Shown in pieces: positions 56,062 to 64,000 of a stretch of 64,000 nt of DNA. Made by a program: the position numbers and the translations under genes. The notes beneath the pieces are model-generated. The model was not told the origin of the DNA. It saw only the letters and a program-made list of their open reading frames with translations, and did not search any database. Position 1 is the stretch's first letter, and each line of letters opens with the position of its first letter. The stretch is from IMG/VR virus record IMGVR_UViG_3300015371_000024, positions 4,614 through 68,613 of that record. The stretch is one strand, 5' to 3'. The DNA comes from a virus.

Positions 56062-56417
56062 TGTCACTCAAGCCAGGCGAAGTCGTGAACGGCGAGATCA
56101 CCGAGGTCATCCTCCGGAAGGGATACATCCGCTTCGTCATCCAGCCCGAAGGCTACGAAGAGGTGCCCGCCGAGCTTGTCGAAGACACCATGATTGGCGA
56201 CAACAGCCGACGCACGATCACGCGCGTCTACGCCGCGAAACCCAAGACGGAAGTGAACGTGGACTTCGCCATGCGTTCCGCGACCTATGTCTTCGCCACA
56301 CTTCGCGCCAACAAGCTGCCGATCGAGGATCTCTGCGGCTTGAGGACACGACTGGAAGGTGGCGACCAGGAGTTTCAGGTTGGCCGGTTGTTCATCAACG
56401 GCTACCGGATCGTCTGA
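56061..56417 (+). CDS. Hypothetical protein (OB-fold-like)
   Basis: TGATG overlap; beta-rich. Confidence 0.65.
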   Translation: MSLKPGEVVNGEITEVILRKGYIRFVIQPEGYEEVPAELVEDTMIGDNSRRTITRVYAAKPKTEVNVDFAMRSATYVFATLRANKLPIEDLCGLRTRLEGGDQEFQVGRLFINGYRIV

Positions 56418-56704
56418 TGTCAGCCGACACGCCGCTCACACAAGCGCAGTGCTATGAGGTATCGGGATACGAGCGCATCGGGTCATGCGACTGCTGCGAG
56501 TTCGATGGACTCCGTGTCACGGCAACTCGGATAGATGCCTACGGTAGTCCAATGACGACGCCGCAAGACATCCTGTGGTACTGTGATCTCCGCCGCGGGA
56601 CGCTCGCGAGCAACTTCCATCGTCAGGGCCGACCAGAAGGTCACGTCCTGGCCGGGATGGCGTTCATGGTCAACACGCTCCTCAAAGCCATGAGGGACAA
56701 GTGA
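56417..56704 (+). CDS. Cys-rich hypothetical protein
   Basis: TGATG overlap; CDCC. Confidence 0.6.
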   Translation: MSADTPLTQAQCYEVSGYERIGSCDCCEFDGLRVTATRIDAYGSPMTTPQDILWYCDLRRGTLASNFHRQGRPEGHVLAGMAFMVNTLLKAMRDK

Positions 56705-56755
56705 CCACACTTCACCCATCACACCCGAGGGATCCGAATCGTCTGAGGACTCCAG

Positions 56756-57352
56756 ATGTCTGATCGACTGTGCGCGTGCGGCTGCGGCCTGCCGCTGTAT
56801 GACGGAAAGACACAACTCCATCCGTCTGAGGTACAGCGTAGAGAGTCGCGCCAATTCCGGTGGGGACATAAAACCAATCACTACAACGAACGACCGCAGC
56901 AGTATACCAGAGCATTCGCGGGGAGAGATCCCGAGACGTTCGTATGGACGGAGGCCAGCGGTCGCCGCCGCCGCAGAGTGCGAAAGTCCCGTGTGCTTGG
57001 CGAAGCGGCCCTCGGTCGCGCCTTTCGAGCGGGAGAGTGCGTGTTCCACGCCGACCTCCGCACCGACAACGACACGCCAGGGACATTGGTCGTCTGTGAC
57101 TTCGCACTCCGACAGGTGCTCCTGTGGCGTGCCAAAGCCTACCAGGCTACCGGGAACGCCAACGCGCGAAAATGCGTGTACTGCAAGCGATGGGACACTC
57201 AGCCGAGCCTTACGATCCTCCGGCTGTCAGGCGGATCCATTCAGGCATACCACCAAGAATGCAAGCGTGCCTACCAGAGCTCCCGTCACAGAGGCGACAA
57301 TCGCGCGTACAACCGGAAGCGCGTCGATAACATGTACCACGAAGGTCGGTAA
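56756..57352 (+). CDS. Degenerate HNH-like / zinc-binding protein
   Basis: LCACGCG..; LGR.....E.V.H......ND....L.V; CVYC...H..C. Confidence 0.6.
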   Translation: MSDRLCACGCGLPLYDGKTQLHPSEVQRRESRQFRWGHKTNHYNERPQQYTRAFAGRDPETFVWTEASGRRRRRVRKSRVLGEAALGRAFRAGECVFHADLRTDNDTPGTLVVCDFALRQVLLWRAKAYQATGNANARKCVYCKRWDTQPSLTILRLSGGSIQAYHQECKRAYQSSRHRGDNRAYNRKRVDNMYHEGR

Positions 57353-57750
57353 TGCCGAGCAGGAACCCTAACCGTCGCGCGCCGGCGAGGCGGGATCCGA
57401 ACGAGATCCATCCCGACAAGATCGAGCCGAAGCAGGGGATGGAATTCGTGCTGGAGCGGTACCGGAAAGACGGGCGAGACGTGGTCGAACGGAAGAAGAT
57501 TTCGCGTGTCATCCGGCAGGGGAATCCAGACCACGGACAGGATCTCGTCTGGACGATCGAGTATCAGATCGAGGCGATCGACTCCGCCGACCAGAAGGTC
57601 GTGCTCAAGATCATGTGGTGGATCATGTACGATAGGCACCGGCAGGAGTGGGCCGACGCCCGCCTGGTGCAGGACGAAGCGGCCAAACGAGGAACACCGA
57701 TCTATGCCACACCAGGAAAAATCCCGCCTCTCGGACGACTCGCCGACTGA
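57352..57750 (+). CDS. Hypothetical protein
   Basis: TAATG overlap. Confidence 0.7.
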   Translation: MPSRNPNRRAPARRDPNEIHPDKIEPKQGMEFVLERYRKDGRDVVERKKISRVIRQGNPDHGQDLVWTIEYQIEAIDSADQKVVLKIMWWIMYDRHRQEWADARLVQDEAAKRGTPIYATPGKIPPLGRLAD

Positions 57751-58192
57751 GGCCGTGACCGAGCCGCACCCGCTCCGCGACGGGCAGATCGCGCTCGCGC
57801 ACGGGCGCACGGTCCGCGTGTTCAAGGATGGCCTCATCGTCATCCTCTCGCCCGCGCTCCGGATCGAGACGAGTTTCCGCGTCACGCGCACAGAGCGCGG
57901 CCAGATCGCCTCGCTCCTCAAGTCGCCGCGCGAGTCCGGCGCTCCGGCGTTCAAGGATTCGTATTCGCAGGACGACGCGCTCTCGTCGCAGGACTACCTC
58001 CGCCAGTACGCGGACATCGTCTCGATCGCGGACGAAGAGAACCTCGTCACCGGCGAAGAGTCCGAGGGCGACGAGGACGACACCGCTCGGACCATGCTCC
58101 GGATCGCGAGCTATATCGACTGGCTCGAGGCCGAGGTCGCACGCCTCGGCACAGGGAAGATAGAAGGCTTCGAAGGGGAGAACCAAACATGA
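57704..58192 (+). CDS. Hypothetical protein
   Basis: GAGGA RBS; acidic C-half. Confidence 0.6.
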   Translation: MPHQEKSRLSDDSPTEAVTEPHPLRDGQIALAHGRTVRVFKDGLIVILSPALRIETSFRVTRTERGQIASLLKSPRESGAPAFKDSYSQDDALSSQDYLRQYADIVSIADEENLVTGEESEGDEDDTARTMLRIASYIDWLEAEVARLGTGKIEGFEGENQT

Positions 58193-58596
58193 TCTACTTC
58201 CTGTGGTGGCTCGGGATCAACATCGCGTGCTTTGGGATCGCGCTCTGGTGGGGGCAGGACGGCGGGAAGAATCCGGTCCCGTGGCATGAGCTCGAGACGT
58301 TTCAAGCACACCCGATCATGGGCGCGATCGTGGTGACGGTCATGCTCGCCGCCGGCGGTGGCGTGCTGCTGCTCGGGTACATGGTCTACCTGTCGATCGA
58401 GATCTTGGCGCTCGACATCGGGACGCTCTGGATCCGCGCCGGGACCGCATGGCGCAACTTCCTCTTCTGGCTCTCGCAGAAGTGCATCGATCTCGGGCAT
58501 TGGCTTGTGATCAAGTCCCTGGCGCCGGCGCGGCGCGCGGAAGGCCGCGCCGTGCTGGAGCAGTACCGCGACGAGGTACGGCCCAATGGCGACTAG
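58189..58596 (+). CDS. Membrane protein
   Basis: Two to three TM segments; GGGAG RBS. Confidence 0.7.
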   Translation: MIYFLWWLGINIACFGIALWWGQDGGKNPVPWHELETFQAHPIMGAIVVTVMLAAGGGVLLLGYMVYLSIEILALDIGTLWIRAGTAWRNFLFWLSQKCIDLGHWLVIKSLAPARRAEGRAVLEQYRDEVRPNGD

Positions 58597-59635
58597 GTTC
58601 ATGGATCTCGTCCTGGCCGCGACGGCGAAGAGCGGCACCGGAGAGGTCGTGATCGATCGCGACTACGAGATCACCGAGCCGGTCCGACTCTTCGACCAAG
58701 TCGGCTACTGCATCCGCGGCACCGAAGGCCGACGCCCGATCCTGCACTGGACCGGCAGCGCCGAGGAATCGGCGCTCTTCGACTTCGCCAACTGCCGCGA
58801 CACGATGATCCGGAACGTGATCATCCACGTCCACGGAAGTCTCCGGCAGATCTGCCACTACTGGCGGAAGGTGAAAGGCCGGACGACGCCGACCAACAAC
58901 GGTCACCGCTCGGTCGCCACGCTGGTGCAGCCAAGCGGGAGTCTCTCGCTCTTCTCGAGCCACGACCGATTCAACGAGCGGTGGGAGGCCGCAGGACTCC
59001 CGAAGGAAGAGAACAATGAGTTCGGATATTTCGAGGACATCGATGTGGACGGCGCTCTGGCAGGGATCCAGTTCGACGGGCAGCAGTCCCACGGACATGT
59101 CCTTCGCCGATGCCGACTCAACGTGCACTCCACTGCCGTCATGTCCACCGGCTGGTTCTCCGCCACGGACGTCTCCGGTTCCGGGTGCGCCTGTGCGTTC
59201 TGGCTCCAGGCGGTCTCGGCACCCGTGCATATCGTCCGGCCCAACTTCGAAGCCACGCAGCGACTGCTGGTCGCGCAAGGATCGGAGGGCTTCACCGGAG
59301 ATAGCCAAGCGATCACGATCGAGGGAGGCTCGACGCGGTGCGACCAACTCAACCTCGACGGTCGCCTCATCATCCTCCAGAATGCGGGTCCGCTCCGGAT
59401 CGTCGGTCATCAGTTTGGTAGCGGCCAGCAACCGATCCCGACGATCGAGAGTGCACACCCCGGTGCGGTCACGCTCCTGAATTGCGACTTCGGGTGCCAC
59501 GGGTCATTCTGGAAGCCGATCGTCAAGCGACCGGACGGGAGTCGGGATCTGAGCGCCTCGGTCATCGGGTGCGTCTCGCACAGCGACACCGGCGAAGTCG
59601 CACCGTATGTCAACGTCTCACGCACGGGGGAGTGA
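58586..59635 (+). CDS. Right-handed beta-helix (pectin-lyase-like) protein without signal peptide
   Basis: G.V.I...Y.I..P, I.G....P.L.W.G, IRNV.I, F.DI.V, I...NFE coil patterns. Confidence 0.6.
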   Translation: MATRFMDLVLAATAKSGTGEVVIDRDYEITEPVRLFDQVGYCIRGTEGRRPILHWTGSAEESALFDFANCRDTMIRNVIIHVHGSLRQICHYWRKVKGRTTPTNNGHRSVATLVQPSGSLSLFSSHDRFNERWEAAGLPKEENNEFGYFEDIDVDGALAGIQFDGQQSHGHVLRRCRLNVHSTAVMSTGWFSATDVSGSGCACAFWLQAVSAPVHIVRPNFEATQRLLVAQGSEGFTGDSQAITIEGGSTRCDQLNLDGRLIILQNAGPLRIVGHQFGSGQQPIPTIESAHPGAVTLLNCDFGCHGSFWKPIVKRPDGSRDLSASVIGCVSHSDTGEVAPYVNVSRTGE

Positions 59636-59886
59636 TGGACGGTTGGCGACTCTGCAAGAACGCCGTGTGCGCCGAAACGATGGGGGAGCTCCCGCCATCG
59701 GAGTTCTCACTCGCGCCGCACCGCGGTGTCTGCAACGCCTGTATCCGCGAGACCGGCGTCCAGAAGATCCACACCCGCTGCAGCGGCTGCGGGAAGATCA
59801 TCAAGGCCAAGGTCAAGAACGACGGCTACCCGCGGTGTGTCGCGTGCTCCTACAACGGTGCCCGTCGGTCCTACGTGCCAGCATGA
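59635..59886 (+). CDS. Multi-CxxC zinc finger protein
   Basis: Four Cys pairs. Confidence 0.7.
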   Translation: MDGWRLCKNAVCAETMGELPPSEFSLAPHRGVCNACIRETGVQKIHTRCSGCGKIIKAKVKNDGYPRCVACSYNGARRSYVPA

Positions 59887-60638
59887 TCTTCTTCGTCGGC
59901 CTCCACATGCCGAACCACGCCCATGCTTTCGAGCATTGCATGGTTTCGGTCAACCGACTCATCGACCGACGCTCGAGCTTTCCGGCCAGGAAGTGGCTCA
60001 TGGACTCCGGGGCGTTCACGACCGTCACCAAGCACGGCTACTATCCGACGCCGGTCGAGGGATACGCGACCGAGATCGTCCGGTGGTCTGATGTAGGCAC
60101 CCTGCTCGCCGCCGCCTCGCAGGACTACATGTGCGAGGAATTCGTGCTCCGGAAGACCGGCCTCTCGGTCGCCGAGCACCAGCGCCTCACGATCGACCGC
60201 TACTGCGCGCTCCGGCGCCTCGTCCCCTACCGGATCCCGATCCTGCCGGTGCTCCAAGGCTATCGCCCGCAGGAATACGCCGACCACGTCCGGCAGTACG
60301 GTGAGCTCCTGGCGCCTGGGCAATGGGTTGGTGTCGGATCTGTCTGCAAGCGGAACGCGAAGCCCGAGTCGGTCGTGGCAGTGCTCCGAGCCATTCAAGC
60401 CGTGCGACCGGATCTCCGGCTGCATGGGTTCGGCCTCAAGGTCACCGCACTCCAGAACCCGGACGTCACGAACCGACTCTACTCTGCCGACAGCATGGCG
60501 TGGAGTTGGGCCGCGCGATGGGAAGGACGGGACGCGAACGACATCAACGAAGCGATCCAGTACGCGCAGAAGGTCAACGACAAGGTGCTCGTCGCGAAAC
60601 GCGAGCCGCAGTATTCCCTAGCCGAGTGGGAACAATGA
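59883..60638 (+). CDS. dpdA: DpdA-like DNA 7-deazaguanine transglycosylase (TGT family)
   Basis: DSGAF, QD.MCE, PVLQG, VGVGSVCKR, LHGFG.K, SADS.AW. Confidence 0.8.
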   Translation: MIFFVGLHMPNHAHAFEHCMVSVNRLIDRRSSFPARKWLMDSGAFTTVTKHGYYPTPVEGYATEIVRWSDVGTLLAAASQDYMCEEFVLRKTGLSVAEHQRLTIDRYCALRRLVPYRIPILPVLQGYRPQEYADHVRQYGELLAPGQWVGVGSVCKRNAKPESVVAVLRAIQAVRPDLRLHGFGLKVTALQNPDVTNRLYSADSMAWSWAARWEGRDANDINEAIQYAQKVNDKVLVAKREPQYSLAEWEQ

Positions 60639-61036
60639 CCAAGCCCCTCTACACGCTCGAGATCCTGAACCCGCACTCCCGGAACGGGAAGCCGCAGTGG
60701 TGCAAGTTGCACTTCGCGATGCTCGAGAACCTCATGCGGATCGGGACGCACAACGGGATCGCGGCCTCGCTGCTCATGTCGTCGGCGTTCCTCGACAAGA
60801 TCAAGTCCGACGGCGTGCTCACCTACGATCCGGGACGCAACACCGAGTACGTGATGGACATGCTCCGGGACTCCTACTCGCCGTTCTGCTGCTGGCTCGG
60901 CGCCGAGAAAGTGCAGGAGATCTTGGCGGCGAGCTCCAACGCCTCGCTCGAGGAAACGGGGATCCTCCGGCAATTCGAAAAGGAAGTCGCCATCCGGAAC
61001 AAGAAGGTCCAGCGCCAGCTGCGGAGACTCAAATGA
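60635..61036 (+). CDS. Hypothetical protein
   Basis: ATGA overlap; WC..H ... P.CCWLG. Confidence 0.65.
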   Translation: MTKPLYTLEILNPHSRNGKPQWCKLHFAMLENLMRIGTHNGIAASLLMSSAFLDKIKSDGVLTYDPGRNTEYVMDMLRDSYSPFCCWLGAEKVQEILAASSNASLEETGILRQFEKEVAIRNKKVQRQLRRLK

Positions 61037-61209
61037 CACGCTGTGTCTGTGGTCGCTATAAGAACGTCGAATTCAAGTGGAGCGACGGATCCTCGACGTG
61101 GATGGACGAGGCGGCGTTCGCGATCCACCTGCGGATGTGGGGCGAGCCCAAGGTGCCGTACATCATTCACCCGATCCCTTCACCGAAACCACGGGAGACC
61201 AATGCCTAA
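61033..61209 (+). CDS. Hypothetical peptide
   Basis: GGAG RBS, ATGA overlap. Confidence 0.55.
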   Translation: MTRCVCGRYKNVEFKWSDGSSTWMDEAAFAIHLRMWGEPKVPYIIHPIPSPKPRETNA

Positions 61210-61534
61210 TGGAATGAAACCAACACCGAGATCCGGGATCGTCCGACACTCCGACCGCGTCGTGGCGCTCGAGGCGGCGCTGGAGCGGATCCCGAAGACC
61301 GAACGCATCGCCGTCATGCTGGAGCACGACCAGACGGGCGTCGGTACGCGCACAACCATGCACCGCACCGCGCTCTGCGTCGTGCTGCAGAAGGGATCCC
61401 GGACCTACGGGATCTTCGAAACCACGGGCCGCGCCAAGCAGGAAGGCTTCTCCCTCGTCACCCGCCATCCGACGGACCCGCGCCTCTTCGTGTTCGTAGA
61501 CACCCGAGTAGACCCCAAGCCGGCGGAGGCGTGA
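61202..61534 (+). CDS. Hypothetical protein
   Basis: GGGAG RBS. Confidence 0.6.
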   Translation: MPNGMKPTPRSGIVRHSDRVVALEAALERIPKTERIAVMLEHDQTGVGTRTTMHRTALCVVLQKGSRTYGIFETTGRAKQEGFSLVTRHPTDPRLFVFVDTRVDPKPAEA

Positions 61535-62337
61535 TGCCAGTCAAGACCAATGTGGAGAAGATCCACGACACGCTGACCGAGCTCGGTCTCGGGGAGCCAG
61601 AGAAGAAGAACATCGCCGGGATCCTGAGTCGGATCCGGAACCTCAAGCTCTACGTCGATAGCGTCCGCGGGAAGTACGCACGGCTGCGGCGGAAGTACCG
61701 CGCGCTCTCCAAGATCGTGAACGGTCCGGCGACTCCGGACAAGCGACTCACCTACGCCATGCTCCAGGCTCGGCTCAAGGAGTACGACGACCGCGAGAAG
61801 CAGATCACCCATGAGCTCCGGAAGCATTTCGAGACCAACCCGAACCTCGCTAACCGGCGCGCGTCGGAGTTGCCGCAGACCATCCTCTACCTCGTCCACC
61901 GATCGAACGAGTACCAGGCGGAAGACTCCACGGCAGTGAAGCGCGAGCGCGAGCGGACGAAAGACGAGCGCATTCGGTTGACAGAGCGAGCCGATAAGGC
62001 GGTCGCCAAGGAGCGCGAGACGCAGCGATTGCTCGACTACTACATCTCGACCTTCGGCCTCAAGACGCCGCCGGCGGACTGGTCGTGGTCCGAGACGATC
62101 ATGGACCGGGGACAGGAAGCGCAGCGGCTGGTCGATGCCGCGGTCAAGGATCTCGCGCAACCGGTGCGCGTCCCGATCTCCGAAGGCCAGGCTGTCACCG
62201 TCGCTACGGGGAACTTCCCCGACAACCGCGACACCAAGACGTTCCCATTCGCTCGAGGCAACCCGTTCTACCTCGGCGACTACGACACGGATGAATTGCT
62301 GGACGAGATCCGGAGGCGGACCACCAATGTCAGGTAA
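61531..62337 (+). CDS. Coiled-coil hypothetical protein
   Basis: 268 aa; C-terminal L.DY.TDELL.EIRRR. Confidence 0.75.
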   Translation: MMPVKTNVEKIHDTLTELGLGEPEKKNIAGILSRIRNLKLYVDSVRGKYARLRRKYRALSKIVNGPATPDKRLTYAMLQARLKEYDDREKQITHELRKHFETNPNLANRRASELPQTILYLVHRSNEYQAEDSTAVKRERERTKDERIRLTERADKAVAKERETQRLLDYYISTFGLKTPPADWSWSETIMDRGQEAQRLVDAAVKDLAQPVRVPISEGQAVTVATGNFPDNRDTKTFPFARGNPFYLGDYDTDELLDEIRRRTTNVR

Positions 62338-62716
62338 ACCCGACACCGAGCAGAAGTCGCTCTTCAAAGAGCCAAAGGCCGCGCGACCGAAGAAGGATCC
62401 GATGCTCTATATCGTCAAGGCCAACACCCGGGTCGCGCGGTGCCGCGGCGAGAATTGCCGGAAGCCGGTCTTCTTCGTCTATCTCCTGAACACGGGCCGC
62501 ACGGTGATCGTGGACTGCGAGCCCGTGTACGCCCCGAACCACAAGACCAAGGCGAACCAGGACCATGAGATGAAGCCGCGGTGCTTCCCACCGGTCCACC
62601 CGAACGCCCCGGGCGAGCACTACCCGAACGGCATGGACGGACAAGGCATCGACCACCACTTCACCTGCGCCGACGTCAGACAGTTTGGCCGGAAGACGGA
62701 GCGGAAAAATGATTAG
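62327..62716 (+). CDS. Zinc-binding hypothetical protein
   Basis: CRG..C..P.FF....TGR...VD ... HF.C.D..QF. Confidence 0.7.
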   Translation: MSGKPDTEQKSLFKEPKAARPKKDPMLYIVKANTRVARCRGENCRKPVFFVYLLNTGRTVIVDCEPVYAPNHKTKANQDHEMKPRCFPPVHPNAPGEHYPNGMDGQGIDHHFTCADVRQFGRKTERKND

Positions 62717-63242
62717 CCTACAAGTCGAAGCCCTGGCGTCGAGCGCCTCGATCTGGCCGCAGACGATCGCCGGTTGGACAGTGCTCGTCTCGACGTTCGT
62801 ATCGGTCGTCGTCCTGGTCTGCCGAATGATCGCGATGCTCGGCGAGCATGAGCGCGAGATCCGTGACCTGACCCGCATTACCAACCAGCAAAAGCAGGGG
62901 ATCGAGTACCTGTGTGACGCGGTTCAGGCGCAGACCAAGAGCGACAAGAACCAGGATCTCGCGATCAAGATGATCGCCGAGTACGTCGGCGGTCGCTACG
63001 AATCAGATAAAGTCGCCCTGCATACCTTCGGTCGCCGCGGACCGACGTACACGGAGGTGGGCTACCCGCACTTTGCGCCGTACCCGCCGGACGAGGCGCC
63101 ACCTCCCGCCATCGAAGTACCGGACGAGCGCTCGGCGGAGCGCAGCGAAGAAGACGACGCAGCCGACAGTGTCATGCAACATCAGCGGGAGCTCGCGGAG
63201 TGGGACGCGGATCTACTGGAAACCTTGCTCAAGCGAACGTAA
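62709..63242 (+). CDS. Membrane-anchored hypothetical protein
   Basis: One TM segment then coiled coil. Confidence 0.65.
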   Translation: MISLQVEALASSASIWPQTIAGWTVLVSTFVSVVVLVCRMIAMLGEHEREIRDLTRITNQQKQGIEYLCDAVQAQTKSDKNQDLAIKMIAEYVGGRYESDKVALHTFGRRGPTYTEVGYPHFAPYPPDEAPPPAIEVPDERSAERSEEDDAADSVMQHQRELAEWDADLLETLLKRT

Positions 63243-63560
63243 CATTTCATGCGTGGCAACCGAGGGTCCGTGGTACGTCCGCGATGGGATCTGTGTCCAC
63301 CGGTTGACCGGTGCCTTCGTCATGCCCACCGACAACTACGCGGACGACGATGCTATCCGCCTCGAGCGTGCCAAACGACTCTGTGAGGCCCTCAACCGAC
63401 TCGACGCAATCGCCAGGAAGGCACTGCCCAAGGACGAAGGACCACCGCCATAGACCGTTCGTGATCACAGAAGAGAGCCTCGACCGGTCAGGAAAGGTCG
63501 AGGCTCTCTTCGTTGTGTCGGTGTGCGATAAGTGCGGCGCGCAGCTGGTACCGTGGACGG

Positions 63561-64000
63561 CTATCCAGCCGACTTCGCGAACGCCATCCGCTCGAGAGTG
63601 ACGCGCTCCAAGGGATCCACGATCCAGAGCTTCCGGTTGTTGGAGTCCGTCACCCACACCTTGCTCGTAACCGGATTCCATCCGGCGTACAGGAGTCCTT
63701 CACCCGTCACCGTGATCGACGCCACGTTGGCGCCCGCCTGCGAGATGAACCGGAGCGCCGCGCCGCCGACATCAACGACCATTGTCTCGCCGGTCGTCGG
63801 ACAATAGGTGCCGCTCATGGCGTTGCCGCCGAAGCCTAACGATGCTTGTGCATCGCTGTTGAGCGGGTCGAGCGTCTTGAAGTTTACGTTCGTGCCCGAG
63901 TTGAGCAGAATCATCTTCTGCATTCCGTCCGACCAGAAGAGTCGGTCGTAGGCCCCGCCCGTGCCAGCGGATGCCTCGATCGTGAGCCCGATCGGATCGA
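63561..64000 (-). CDS. C-terminal part of a YncE-like beta-propeller protein entering from beyond the window
   Basis: Frame open to window end (DPIGLTIEASAGTGGAYDRLFWSDGMQK...); W.P...KVWVTDS....L.IVDP blade pattern. Confidence 0.65.
   Translation of the reverse strand, partial: DPIGLTIEASAGTGGAYDRLFWSDGMQKMILLNSGTNVNFKTLDPLNSDAQASLGFGGNAMSGTYCPTTGETMVVDVGGAALRFISQAGANVASITVTGEGLLYAGWNPVTSKVWVTDSNNRKLWIVDPLERVTLERMAFAKSAG

Larger units (their letters stand above)
1..64000. mobile_element. Tailed dsDNA bacteriophage genome (siphovirus-like), near complete
   Basis: Canonical order terminase-portal-scaffold-decoration-capsid-neck-tail tube-TAC-tape measure-tail tip-lysis on the minus strand; dense small early/middle genes on the plus strand; no host housekeeping genes. 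Confidence 0.97.

Noticed and set aside
56756-57352. Active HNH homing endonuclease
   Set aside because: Catalytic His/Asn positions appear degenerate; kept only as HNH-like.
35565-63450. Minus-strand ORFs opposite the early/middle genes (e.g. 49053..50120, 58511..59500, 61405..62367)
   Set aside because: Shadow frames of well-supported, tightly packed plus-strand genes.

Overview
Nearly the whole genome of a high-GC, long-tailed (siphovirus-like) dsDNA phage in two divergent arms. The minus arm (~34.9 kb to position 1, and possibly re-entering at 64000) carries packaging, head, neck, tail and lysis genes: terminase, portal, scaffold, decoration protein, gpE-like capsid, tail tube, a -1 frameshifted tail chaperone pair, a 2488-aa tape measure protein and a CHAP endolysin. 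Unusual passengers on this arm are an N-terminal-only LexA between the terminase genes, a papain-like protease and an exported PKD/beta-helix protein. The plus arm (35.5-63.5 kb) holds early and middle genes: RadC-JAB, a GP88-like gene split by TAG, an HEXXH protease, SWIM fingers, an HTH regulator, a lipoprotein, a replication initiator with iterons, a C5 methyltransferase with a nested alternative-frame gene, a J-domain protein and a DpdA-like transglycosylase. The most distinctive signal is the cassette-like early region (35.4-42.1 kb). It is built from three recurring non-coding modules: a fixed-spacing promoter block, a start-associated ACCT-N7-9-AGGT hairpin, and perfect CCGGACTCGGATCCGAGTCCGG palindromes. 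These flank small, partly duplicated genes. There is also a candidate antisense multi-hairpin ncRNA at 43.27-43.52 kb. No integrase, polymerase, tRNA or CRISPR array was recognised. All family calls come from motif recognition by eye, not database searches.
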